DNA of 64,000 bases from Nageia nagi (taxonomy: Eukaryota > Plantae > Pinophyta), in contig JBITNC010000001.1 of assembly GCA_050084985.1 (NCBI GenBank), forward strand, positions 88,598,001 through 88,662,000, given 5' to 3'. The notes below the pieces were generated by a model. It was not told where the DNA came from, did not search any database, and saw only the letters and a list, made by a program, of their open reading frames with translations. This document shows positions 39,374-52,800 of this stretch, one piece after another. The translations under genes were made by a program, and so were the position numbers. Position 1 is the first letter of the stretch. Every line of letters begins with the position of its first letter.

Positions 39374-40377
39374 AATACAGAATAACCAACATATTTGAAA
39401 TATAAAAGAATATAGCAAAGAGAATAATGCACTTAGATTAAAAGCAAGATAATAGAATAGAATAAATTTACTAATATTAATACGAATCAAAAACTAATTT
39501 GAGGGGAATTCCTCCTTAAAATTCAAAGATAATTGATTTTTCAATATGCCTCTCTTTACCCCTCTTACAAATATTTATAAACTTCCTACCCTAACCCTAA
39601 TTAGCAATTTAATTTAAAATTGTGATTTGCCTTACAAAATTATGATTCACATCACAAGTTGACACAAATTGATAATAAAAATAACTACTAATCATAATTA
39701 AACCTAATCAAATGTTAGTATGTGGAATCCTAACACTAAGCTCTTTAATTTTCATCTTTAACCATTTAAATAAATTTTAATATTTCCTTTGAATTTATTT
39801 AATGGTAAAAGATATAATCTAATTGATTTTTATTTTTAGTCTCTTTTAGTTATTATTTTTTTAATGACTTCATTCAATTCATTTGATTATAATTTTTTTT
39901 GGGTATTTTCATGAGGAAAATAATTCTAGGAACCCCCTCATAGTCAAAAGTAGGATAAACTTTTAAAGTCTCCTCCATCCACCTGATGGTTATGGATAGA
40001 AAGATTAACTATAGCCAATGCATAGTTAACCTGAATCCAATTCAAAGCTAATCAAAGTCAATCTAAAGTTGTACTAGGATACAATGAAACAACAAGTGAT
40101 ATTCAAAATTGAGACATCCTAAAGGAAAATCCAAGCACTTAATCATCATAATATCCCCTTGTGTATGTTATTTGATTATAATATAATAAAGATTTTTCAC
40201 ATCATTTAAAAAACCTCTTCAAAACTTCTTCTATGATTCTATAAACTATTATATTAAAATAAAAATTCCACTTAACTTTAATAGAATTTCTCTTAATTAT
40301 GATTGTATAATTGTGAAAACATCTACTAGGGAAGGTGTTTTCTAAATCATCAATCCCTAATTTGAATTATTTACTTA

Positions 40378-40782
40378 AAGGTCAAAGTCTACCAAATGTT
40401 TCTTCTATGAGAATATTATCCCCTTTATCTTGATCTAAATTTATATATCTAATTTTAAATTCATTATCCCCTAACTGAAAATTTGGATAAAATTTTAAAA
40501 ATATTTCATGTTTTGAGATATTTAGCCAGTTCCTCCAAATTTGTCACTTGTATTTCTTAACCTAGTATTTACCCCCATATTATTGTTATTATTTTTAATT
40601 TATAAAGGTAAAAGTCTACCAAAAGTTTCTTCTAAGAGAATGTTACCCCTTTTATCTTGATCCAAATTTATATATCTAATTTTAAATTTAACATCCCTTA
40701 GTTGAAAATTTAGATAAAATTTAAAAAATATTTAATGTTTTGAGATATTTGGCTAGTTTCTCCAAATTTGTCACTTGTATTT
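40378..40782. repeat. 227-bp-period tandem duplication
   Basis: aaagtctaccaaa...ccaaatttgtcacttgtatt at 40384 and 40611. Confidence 0.9.
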
Positions 40783-40799
40783 ATTACTATAATAAACTC

Positions 40800-43700
40800 C
40801 CTTATTATAGATATTAATTTTAGTTTTTTATAAGGTAAATACAATTGAATTTTAATCAACAAACAAAATAGGACCCCAAAACCTCTGTTTACATTTTGAA
40901 AGAGAGTTATGAAGTGATCATTACATAAGAGTCTTATGAAGTAGAGTGGTAACACTAGTGAAGATCTCTCTGTGTTCCCAAGTTGGAGTACCAAAATATG
41001 ATGTTTTCTTTGTATTGTATATTGTCTTTCTTAACCAAAAAGTGCTATCTAAATTTTTCTAACAACCATATTTTTAGCCTTGCTTAAAGTATAAGGGGGG
41101 CCTTTAAATCTATCTCTAAAGATTATATGATTATTTCCCTTACTAATATGCAAAATGAGGTGTGGTAATATGAATTTCCATAATAATATTTGAATTACAT
41201 AAATTCTTTAACTCACACTAATGTATTAATGCCTTAAATATTCTATGGAAATACCTAGGAGAGGTAAAACTCTTCTAAAAATTATATCCTACATATATCT
41301 AGTATAGTGCTAGTATACGAGTAATGGATGAAGAGATAACTAGTTAATTCTTTTATAGATTTGCAAAGTTCACATTTGTTAGGGAGAATGAATCCACATT
41401 TTATTAAATGAACAATGGTGAGTATTTTATTTTATTCTTCCACCCATATGAAGATATAAATATTTGGATAAAGTTATTTAAATCAAATTTTATTCCAAAA
41501 GGTTGGTTAGTTATCATTAAAAATTTGTTGGAGTGGCATGTGGCTTATCTCTACATTGTAGCCATGTTTTATATTCAATTTAAAATTTAATATATATTTT
41601 ATATTTGATGTTATAATAGGCTTAGTGTTGATCTCTTATTTGATATTTTTAGTTTTTTTTTTTCAAATTTTAGTATTGTCCCTTCAATGAGTGTTAAATA
41701 TTTTAGAAAATTGAGTTAGAGGTATAAACTTTGACTTTGTCACCTTAAAAACATCTAATACATTCAACATATTTAAAATAATATTGGTAGTAACATTGAA
41801 GTCTTCATGTAGCTAGGGTCATCCTATAAAAATATGTCAAAACTATGTCCTACCTCCTAATTGATATTATCCTTGATGAGATATCTTGAGGATCATATTT
41901 CATACTACAATTTTATACCTTTTGAGGGGGGGAGGATTCAATTCTAAGAAAAGAATTTCTATTTAGGTATTTTTCTTTGTAAGTATAAGTCTAATCATTA
42001 TTACAATAAGAGTAGATATATTCTAATTGATTTTTTTTATGAGTGCTTTGTTAAGTATTTCATTTTTTAAGTCCAATTCCTCCATTTATTTTCATCTTGC
42101 ATACCCTATCCCAATATATAAGGATAATCCTTATCTTTTCTTTAGCTCCTAACTAGAGGAATTGATTATGAATTTGATCTATATTTTTAACTAAGGAGGA
42201 GGGCATATGAAAAGTAAGTTTTATATAGATAGGTTAGTTATGAAGATTTATTTTGACTAGGAGGAGTTTTCATGCTTAACGAATGATGGAAACCTTCCAT
42301 ATAAATGTTATATATAGATTCATTCAACCACTATCAATAGTATATTTTAATTTCACTAGTGAAAAAGAGTATTTTGAGTTAGACAATGGGGATTTCACTA
42401 GTTTGATATCAAAAAATAATTTTCATTCTTTCTTTGGGAAGTTGTGTGTGTAGAAAGAAGATTTTTTACTTTACAAAATTTATTTTTTGTATTATTTGTT
42501 TTTCATATGATTGAAGGATTGAGAAAAATATTTTGCTTCTTTGGTTGAATATTTACTAATAAAAATGGTATCATATATGAATTGGTAATATAAGATATTG
42601 TTGCAATCAATTATTGGATTTATACCACTAATGAGACCTTATGTTTTTTCTTTGGAGAGTTTTTCCTAATGCTTCATTGATTAGGATGAATGCATAAGCT
42701 GAAAGTGGGTCATCTTATCTAATTTCTCTTTGACATGAAAACAAGACAACCACTTAACCATTTCTTAATATAGAGAACTTTGGAGTATAAATGTATTTTT
42801 GAATATAGTTCCTCCATTGGGGATATAAGACAAATTTTTTCTATAAGTTTATCCAAAAAGAACCAACTTACTCAATCAAAATCTTTTTGTATATCTAGTT
42901 TTGAAAGTCTTCCTACCACCTTTTTAGTGTGCATGGAATATAAAACTTCATGCATTATAATGATTCCATCTACAATTTATCTATTTTAGATAACTTTATC
43001 TTTTTAGTAGAAATAAGTTTTGGCATGAGGTTGTTCAATTTATTTGTAGGGAATTTAGTGATGATTTTATGGACTATGTTGTAAAGGCTAATTAGTCAAA
43101 AATATTTAAATTCACTAGCACCTCAAATTTTGGGGATAAGTGTAAGGAACATCAAATTCTAAGACTTGATAAGAGAATTAGAGTTTTGGGATTCCTATAT
43201 TATTGTAGTGATGTGATTTTCAATAATATGGAAAAAGAATTTAAATAATATATATTGAGAATCCATATGGTTTAGGTGCCTTCAAATTTTCCATGGAAAA
43301 TAGAGCATTTTTTTATTTCCTCTCTAGTGAAAGGGTGTGTAAGAGTGTTATTCATAACATCATTCACCAGGAGGGATGTTATAAGGATTTTTTTAATATA
43401 ATATGGATCATATTACTAATCAATAGAGAGTATTTTTTCATAAAATTGATATCTTCTTCCTTAATTTCATGAGGTTCTCTAGTAATGTTGGCATCCAATT
43501 TTATTATTTTAGATATTTTATTATGGCTTTATATTTTGAGGTTGGATATTTTTTAAAAATTAGTATTTTTATAATCTTACTTTAGCTAGGTGAATTTTGT
43601 ATTCTAGTGAATCTCCTCTTGATTTAGTGTTATCATCAAGTCTAGAGTCTACAACAATTATTCTTATTTTTTTATAAGTTCTCTAGTTCTACCATTTTTT

Positions 43701-44450
43701 CATGGTATTTTCAATGGATTCTAGTTCTTTTTTTTTAGTGTTTATTTCTTTATGAATAAATGGTAAAATACCTCTTCATTCTATTATTTGAGAATGATTT
43801 TTATATGCTAGATTTTTTTGGTGATCAAATACATCTTAGTTCCTTTGACTTATAGGTTCCAACTGTCTTTAATACATCAAAATAATTAAGAATGATCTTC
43901 CATGGAATATTCTTTGTAAGATCCATATTGACATAAAAACTAGTTGTTAGGATTCTTAATTTATTTGATGTGATAGAGTCTAATGCAATTACATTTCAAA
44001 TTGATTTGATAATACTTGTGATCATTATGTTGAAATTACAAAACCTGATGGATAGTTCAAATAATTGAACCCAAATTGGAGTGACAATAATATTTTCTTT
44101 TTCAAGTTAAAATACTATGTATCATTTTCTTATATATAGACCCTTTTTATCAAAGAACCAAGGGCATATTAGTAGAACTTATTTCATATTAGTCTCAAAT
44201 TTGGATTTGAATATTACAAAATATTTGTGGAGGACAATGATGTCAAGCTTTCCTTTTACCATATATTGTAGATTTTTTCATATTTTAATTTGATCTAGAT
44301 TTAGTCATGAGCTTGTGAGTTTTTTATTATAAAGATTTTGTGAATTAATTATTTTGAATCAATCAATTAATCAAGGATGGAGATACTTATTATTCCAACT
44401 ACAATAGAAGGTTTTGGATCAAGAGGGAAATTAATAATGATCTTGGATCA
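40800..44450 (-). mobile_element. L1-clade LINE (ORF1, RT, zf-RVT), decayed, endonuclease apparently deleted
   Basis: ORF1 VLLICPWFFDKKGLYIRK*...PIWVQL; RT LIPKI*GASEF...ISLYNIVHKII...KLDIQKDFD*VSW...IR*DDPLSAY...QFIYDTI; WDRVCKMKINGGIGL; zf-RVT NKILTIVHLIKCG..PNKCELC. Confidence 0.9.
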
Positions 44451-44699
44451 ATCAAAATTGAATAGACTTTATTAGTTGGTCAAATCCTATTTGGGGTCAA
44501 GTTTTACCATAGGTTTTATCAGAGCATTATGATGGATGAGCACACATGATGGTAATAGGAGGATGTTGGAAGGGAATGGAAGTTAACAAGACATGAAAAG
44601 GTAGAACTGTAAAAGAGAAGTACTTATTTGCATAAAAGGAGATGAGATAGTCATAATAAGATACACCAAATATACTCTCCTATTAGTATTAGGTAATTT

Positions 44700-45620
44700 T
44701 GATTATTATAATTATTAATAATCTAATTCTTAATATCTAACCATGGTTCTCAATTCCCACTCTTATTTGTGGATCATAAACATTTATAAAAATAAATACT
44801 AATTTTCAAATAAAGTGAAGTACCTTAGATTCAATACAAGTTTTGCACATCAAGAGAGCTTTTAGTTTTATTTTATTTTATTTTAGCAACATTCCAACTA
44901 TCATCATGATCCTTTTATAACCATAAATACTTATTTCCACCTCTAACCTAACATATTTATGGTATTCATTACTTTTGGTACTTCCAATTTAATTTCTTGA
45001 ATACAAAGAACATTTGAATTATTTGTAGAGAATATATCCTTGATAAATTTCTATTTACTAGGGATATTAGTACCCCTAATATTCCAACAAATAATTATCA
45101 CCACTTTCCATGAGAGAATGCATTCCATATATGGCCTACAAGTTTGGATTGATATCTTCTATTAATATACACCTTATCTTCTTTTTCCCTTGATTTTGAT
45201 GGTCTCCATATTCTATTTTTAGTACTTAATGAATTCTTAAACTATTGTATTTTATGATATCTTAGAGAGTTCATAAAAGGTCTCTTGAGCCATAATTTCT
45301 TATTGTTTATTATTATTATGAATTTCTTAGTCCTCAATAGTATATCACATTATTAATTTGATTTTATTACTTTTTATGACTTTAATTTTATATGCTTTGG
45401 AGATTGGGATATAAGAAGGAATCCATTTTTGTTATTTATGTTAACTAACAAAAGATTATTTTATTCACACCACATCCATTTCCTTATTGCAAGTATCATT
45501 CTAAGGTGTAATATTATTATTTAGTGAAGGTTGTGTTAGGTATATATTGACCTTATTCATAATCCTTATTATTTTCATCCTAAAAAAGATCATTAAAATT
45601 ATTTTTCTTAATTTATTGAA
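44700..45620 (-). mobile_element. Second L1 remnant (ORF1 fragment and start of the ORF2 endonuclease)
   Basis: IICWNIRGTNIPSK*...NVLCIQEIK (~44990-45095); KWIPSYIP upstream. Confidence 0.65.
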
Positions 45621-46559
45621 TCTATTATAGAAACCCTATTATTTTACCATTTTCTTGCATTTTCATTAATATATCTATTTATTTTGTATTATCTAATTTA
45701 TAAAGAGATATTTGATATTTCTTTTCTCTAGATAGATACAATCAAGTAGTTTATTTTAAAATCTAGAGATGCATTTATATTTTATACCAATATCATGAAA
45801 TGATTAATTCTATCAAGGCTTGCTATTTTTTCTTTGTTAGAATAGAAGAATTAATAAATAGTTACATTGTTCTTAACTTCATTATTGGTTTGAACCCTAC
45901 TCTTATTTCCATTATAAGATCTCATTGTAATAAAGTAAAAAATTTAACGTAGCCTATGGTATTGGAACTATATTCTCTCTAGTTCTATGAGACCTAATGG
46001 ATTTGGACCTAGGTCACTACCTCTTCATGGGCATGGGTTGATAATATATAATATTATAGGTAATATTACATAAATTGGTAGCTTCCCTTTTCTCACTTGA
46101 TTTTGCTGACTTAAAAAGGATCCAAGCTTATTTTTTATAGTTTTAAAAATATTCATACCATATAATTCATATGGGAATGCATGCAAACTTATCCACACAT
46201 GCATACTTAAAAACTTTATAACCTTAAGGATGAAGGATTTGTACCATGTGACATAAAAATAAAATGTCCCATAAATTATGGTCCATTAAAATTAATCATG
46301 TATATCTCCTATGAATGAAAATGTGTAATAAAATAAATACTTTATTCTTTTGATTACTTTTAGTTATTTTTTACTATCTTATATGAAATCATAATTGATA
46401 GCTATTAAAATCCAACCTTGTATATCTTCAATCTCTCATCAACCCTTAAGCTTAATGAACATATTTAATCTCTTATCAACCTCCTAGGATTGAACATCTT
46501 CAATCTCTCTACAACAATTCCAACAATAATGACGTTGATATTTTCCCTTAGATCCTTGA

Positions 46560-46950
46560 TGTAGACCCTATCCTTATAGAATGTAACTTTATTCCCACTT
46601 TAAATTATTTAGTATATGTATAAAAATTTGGCATATAATCTAAGCACACAATATTCATATTTGAATATGACCATCCTTATGCTTCAAATATCTAGTGCCA
46701 ATAGTTACAATATCCTCAATATTGGTTCTTTTTTTAAACATTCTTACCATGCCCCTAGTTTCTAAATAAAATCTTACTCCTAGTCATATGGTGAGAAGCA
46801 CTTGAATCAATGTACCAATATTCATCAAAAGAAAATATTCTAGTTGCATAGAATTAGTAAATATCACCTCCTACTCATGACAAGCCTTTACTATCATATC
46901 ACCATTGGAAGAAGCTCCTTTGGAAGAATCACCCTTCAAATCCTTAATCT
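46560..46950 (-). mobile_element. Copia protease fragment
   Basis: EYWYIDSSASHHMTRSKILF (~46765-46825). Confidence 0.7.
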
Positions 46951-47437
46951 CCTTTTGAAGATTTAGGATTTTACTACCACTTTCTTCTTATACTTATTCT
47001 CCTTGTGATTTGGTTTACCATAATAATAACATCATTTCTTCTTGTCCTTATTCAAGGGATCTGAAATTAGTAAGTGATTAAGAAATATATTCTAAAATTT
47101 TAGCATAGAATACTATACCAATGCATAGATCTCAAAAAAATACATAAAATTAAAACAATGTCACCTTCCAACTCCTTACAGATTAAAATTTATGGCCTCC
47201 AATTAGTTTTTACCAAAATCAATAAAGAAAGGGCAAGAAAAAGATCAAAATACTTCAAAATTTGTACCATGTTCATAATGTATAAAATTCATACAATCCA
47301 CATCACTAAAATCCATACTATTGCGTTAGCATTAGTTATACTACCACATCAATATTGGTCAAATTACCATGTGTCACTAGTTACTACCATATGATAGGTC
47401 TATTGTACATCATTGTCAACAAAAAAAGGGTATATGA

Positions 47438-47515
47438 AGAGTTAGTAGAGTTTAAACTTGCAACCTCCTATGTGAGGGGGAACCACTATAACTAGTTAAG
47501 CTAGGGTTAAAGCCT
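47438..47515 (-). other. tRNA-derived (SINE head or pseudo-tRNA) remnant
   Basis: Minus strand has A-box-like tagcttaactagt and B-box-like agtttaaactc at tRNA spacing. Confidence 0.35.
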
Positions 47516-49489
47516 TAGCTTTGTATGGGTATTTGCCACTTTTATTCTATTACAATAGATAAATCTACTAGTTTCCCATGCACACCTCCAACCCAATTAT
47601 CCATTTTTTTTTAAATCAAAAATAGAAATATAATATTTTACCTCAAACTTTGAATGCAAAAATGGAAGGTAAGATGATTCAGAGAAAAAGGGATAAATAG
47701 AAACCCAAGCCAACTTTTTGTATGGATTCTAAAAATGCAAATGATTTCTTAAAATTACTCATGGATATTTTAGAAATTGTAATTTATCTAAAATATATTT
47801 TGGTAATATCTTCAATTATATAAGTTACAAAGAGTTAAAATTTATACCATAAGTACAAAATGTCCTCTTCTGAAATCCTATCAAAATAAATTTATCGCAA
47901 ATTTTCCAAACTCTTAAAATTACTCAAAGCACAATAGGAATTCCTAATTCCTTCATTGATCTTTGATGGAAACTTCAATAGCTCTACTACTATGTGGAAT
48001 TATAACAATGTGAGATTTTCATACAAAATAATAATTTAAATAAAATGAATGCATAAGAAAATAAAAATAATACATAACAATATGGCTAGGTAGTTAATCC
48101 CTAAAAAGATATCTCCATAATAATATCACACTCGAATGAGCCACGATATTGATAATAATATGTGAGAAAAATATCTTTTAAATAAAAAACTAAAATTCTA
48201 CTAATTCATATTATATAATTGACATCAGTGATTACATTATAAGATGTTTTAATCTAAATGGTCAATTTCACTTGTCCATGTATATATTTATCACACATAG
48301 GAGTTAAACATATACGATCCAAGTATTTATAAATACTAATATGTTTAATAAACAAAAGGTCAACACTGTGTCTAATTTAACATGCAACACACACATATTT
48401 CAACCCTAATAATAGTTGTAAATCATGTATGAAAATTCAAATCCAAATTCTACAAGATGAACATACTTTCTTACTTTCTCACTTTTCTTTTATATATATA
48501 TATATAAACAAATTGAAAATATAACTAACTATATTACAAATATAAAATTAAAATAATATTTTAAATTAATTATTTTGAACAATTAAATAGAATTCATATT
48601 TAACAATGTTCAATATATGTGTTTTAAACTTTATAAAAATGTAAACTTATTTAAAATATATGTTAAGTTTTCAAATATATATATATAATGATAAAAAGAA
48701 AATTGTCATTTTGGAATATTTAGTTTATGTTTTTAAATAAAAAAATCACTTTTTGAAAATATCATGATAATTAAAAAATATTATCTATAAATATATATAA
48801 AAAAATTCAATTAAAAAAATTAGAAAATTAAAATTATCAATAATTGAATAGAATAGAATTTGCATGAATGTCCATTGGTAACCAATGTAAAGTAGGATAT
48901 ATACAAAGCAACAAGAGTGCCTAACACAACTCCATAGGAAATAAAATAAGAAAAATAATAAACAATATAACAAATGATAAACAAGGTCTATGAATCAAAG
49001 ATTTCTCCCAACATTCAAGAGTGTAAAGAAGTGAGTGATATAAGTGTTTGATGTTATTGTAGATGGTTCATGTTAGAGTCAATGGTCTATGTTGGAGTCG
49101 ATGACAAAAGGTTCTTGTTGTATCTTTATGATCACCCAAGCGTTTCCTAATCATGGCTTTTGGAGGCTAGAAGAATGAAGTAATAAGTCGAGATCCTGTT
49201 ATCCTTTGCAAACTGTTACTAAGTAATTTTTTTCTAAGATTGAATAATTCTTGAATGAAAAAGGCAATACATCGTTGATCTTCATAATTAATTTAAGAGA
49301 ATTTTCACCTTACAATGTTCATAGATTAAATGTTTTATTTTATTTGAAAAAAATTATAATTTAATTAAATTATCTTAAATTAATTAAATATAATTTATAC
49401 AAAAAAATATTGAAAAGTTCATATAATTAAAAAATAAATAAAAAATTCTTGAAATTAAAATTAATTAACACATGTAAAACAACAAAAGT

Positions 49490-49830
49490 ACGATCATTTT
49501 TGTGAGTGAACTTATATCAAATATTTTACGTTTGTCAAACGTTTTCAATTTTTGAAAACAAACATTTACAAACGTCATTCAATTACCTCCAAATCATCCT
49601 TCCTCTCTTATTTGACTTTGCACACACAATTTTACTCTTGTTGGGTTACGTAATGTCACCTCAATTACAATGTGCGGCTTTCGAAGGGGTGGTTTTGAAA
49701 AAGTGACTTTGGTTGGCACGTTTTCAATCAACTTGGGACATGTTTGATTGTTTACGAGTCTTTCACTTTTACTAAGCATGTGTATAAACCTTGGCCTTAA
49801 TTTGTCCGTATATATATTATATAAAAGAAT
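49490..49830. promoter_or_regulatory. CpG-retaining island with five ACGT cores; candidate cis-regulatory element
   Basis: About 10 CpG in ~320 bp against a nearly CpG-free background; ACGT at 49528, 49539, 49572, 49648 and 49718; TATA-like tataaa near 49784 and 49820. Confidence 0.4.
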
Positions 49831-52800
49831 AGTTGATAAATTATTATTATAAAATTATTTTAAGTAAAGATGCGATGATCAAAAGTATTTTTCTAGTAAA
49901 GTTATTTTAGATCTATATTTAGTTTTGATCGAATTTATTATAATTTAATAATATTTTTGAATTTTGAAATTTTTTAATTAGAGATTTCATTTCCCATTTT
50001 CTCTTCTAACATGAATTCACTATTATTTGTATTTTGATTATTTTAATATTGATTGTAAAATATTTTAATATCGAGATGTTTGAAGTTGAAATAATTTAAT
50101 TTTTTGGGATTATTATTTTAGATACTTTTAAAATATAATTTTCCATTCATTTGTGTTACTTTGCATGAATAGTATTGTAGATATTTAAAATCATATTTTC
50201 TTTATTTATTTGCTATCTAATTTAGATAGTGGATCACTTTTATGATTTAAATGTAATTGAATACATATTTTTATTTTGAAGATATAAGGGGAAGGTACAG
50301 TTTTGATATCTCTTATGTGCATTTGAAGGAATGTACTTAGTAAAGTAAGAAGATGAATTTTGCCGAAGTCTAGAGAGGTTGTTGATGATTTAATTCATCA
50401 GAGTGCGGAGATATTATATGATGATTAATGTTAAGCAAAACCCAAAGAGATTGATAAGAGATGAGTTCCGCTAAAATGTGAGAATATTATACAAGTTTTG
50501 ATGTTACCGAAATTCGATCGTATTGCAAGGAATTTGGTTATGCTGGAACCTAAAGAATTTGAACTCCTGAAAATACTATCAAAGTGCGAAAATTTTGTGA
50601 GATATGATTATATGGTTCAAATCAGTCAAAGTATGATGATATTAAAGATAAAGTAATTTTGCTAGAATACGGGAAAACTAGATCCTCTACACCAGTTAAA
50701 TGCATCAAGATTATAATTGAAAGTTCAAGAAGCAATTAAGTGGAAAGATGCCCCAACAACCTTAACCATACCCATTGATGTTAGGAATTTTTCAAGATGA
50801 TGTGGCAGATGAGTTAACAAGAAGATCTTAGTTGGATCTCTGTAATAATTGTAATTAGATTCTTTTTAGTTGATGATAGTTATTGCTATATGTAAAAGAT
50901 GATATCATGGGGACTACTTATTTATTTCTATTGGTAAATATTTTGATGATCAAAGGCTATATAGGCATCCTTGATAAATGTATGAATGGTTGAACAACGT
51001 AGATATTTTCTCCTTGTAATGTAGCTTGCGCTTTCTACCTATTACTTAATGAATTGAGCTTCTCCATCTTCTAATTATGATTTACTTCATCTTGTTCTTA
51101 AATTGTTGTGTTATATGTTTATATGCACTACGTAGATGTTGAATTAAGTTAGTAATTGATCCATATCTGCAAAGCATTTATTTAAATTCTAGTGGCTTAG
51201 AATGTCATTCTTTATCTTGGTGGGTACTAGTTTGGATGCTTCAACTAGCATGAGCTTGCTTTAATATATGCATGGGATAATCGCTAGTGTTTCTTTCTTT
51301 CCAATACCCTATCTTTTTATCTCTTTTGGTTTCCCTATACCCTTTTATTTCTTTTTGCAACTTATCCTTAGATAAGAGTCTGATCAAAAAGAAAAAGGTA
51401 AAACCGGCTAGCTTCAAAGATTGATTACTCCCCCGAGTGATTCTTTCCAAAGGAGGATACTTTGTTAGTGATACATGGGTGCGTGATTATTACATACATC
51501 TTATAAATAATATTTACCTCCTTTCTCTAGCTTGTTTAATGGGATAGATTGCACTAGTGTTTACAAGTTCATATTCAAATTATGATGGAGACTCTGCTTA
51601 AGTAAGTATTCGTCTTATGAAAAATCTAGAAATTTTTTTTTGTTAGTCTTCTCTTTTTAGTCTTACAATCCTTCATGATTACAGGATCTAAAGCTAAAAA
51701 GGTGAAAGAATTTCAAAATGCTGAAGTAGTAGGTCCATCTACAAGGTCATCCCATAGAAGATCTGCTCCTACACCCCATACCACATTGTTAAGATCAACT
51801 TTCATCAAAATTCATGATCAACCCATTAATCCTCGTCAAAATCCCAATATCTAAAGAATTCCTATGATACCCATAATTGAAATGATGTAACTGCCTCACC
51901 CTTAGATTTTTCCAAATAGGAATGATTCTGGGTTGCTTACTATTGTGCAACATCATGGCATACCTACATCAGCATTGCAATCTTTACATCATTATGATGG
52001 AACTGGAAAGATTGCATATGAGCATTATATAGATATTTGTACTATGCATAAGACCCATAGTATTGAACATGAAGATGATATATTGAAACTACTAGCAATG
52101 TCTTTCTTAGAAGAATATTAGATTGGTTTCTAGCTTTGCCAACGAAGTCTATCTCTACATGGGCTCAATTAGCATAACCATTCATCATAGAGTTTAATAA
52201 AATGGGAGGTCCTTTCTACCTCTTGTCATAATTTACTTCTATTAGAAGGTAAGAGCAAGAGAATATGTTTGATTTTAATATTAGATTTGGAAAATCATGG
52301 ACAAGAGTTCCCATTAATGTAAGACCTCCTAACTCTTAGGCTATATGTACTAGCTTAGAGCTTTCTCTATTGATATTGCATTGTAGATCTAAATGATCAA
52401 AGTAAATTGCTTCCCTAATATATATAGAAGTGCAGTCCAAGCTAGGTCTACTCTCATTTTTATTAGAAAAATTTCCACTAGAATCATCTACCCTTTTCTA
52501 TCTTATATGCAACCAAATCCAATTTAGATACAATATCCCACCAATATGTTTCCCAAGTTAACTCAAATTCCCATAATTCCTTAGCTATAACTTCCTATGC
52601 CAAATGTACGATCTACATTCCCCATCCCATTAGCACAAAGTTCCTTTCTTGCACCTCTTATTCAATTAGCATTTCCAACACCTCCATTGAGAAACAACAT
52701 ACAACAAGGAAGCAATAAGCAAGTTGAACACTTTGGTTTATTTTCTAATGAACCAAATAATGGTTGAACAAAGGTTGTATCCTCGATACAATAATAATAA

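Larger units (their letters stand above)
27250..39735 (-). mobile_element. Reina-clade (chromovirus) Ty3/Gypsy element, decayed; 5' LTR interrupted; 3' LTR not found
   Basis: PBS gctctgatacca 31995-32006; LTR ends tgttagga (32009) and tcctaaca (39735); gag KFGGDNPTG*IYKA...SFHLE*EAIQWY; zinc knuckle CYNCDEKYDHDHRC; RT/RH ORF 28667-29146 (TTPVLALPNF, SDA..GISAVLMQ); INT MDFIKGLSKSHG...VDWLSKY...KLHGMP; KLAPK...AYKLEL. Confidence 0.9.

Noticed and set aside
48780-49830. Helitron-like 5' end (atctataaatatatataaaa)
   Set aside because: No matching 3' hairpin plus CTRR end could be identified; low-complexity AT sequence.
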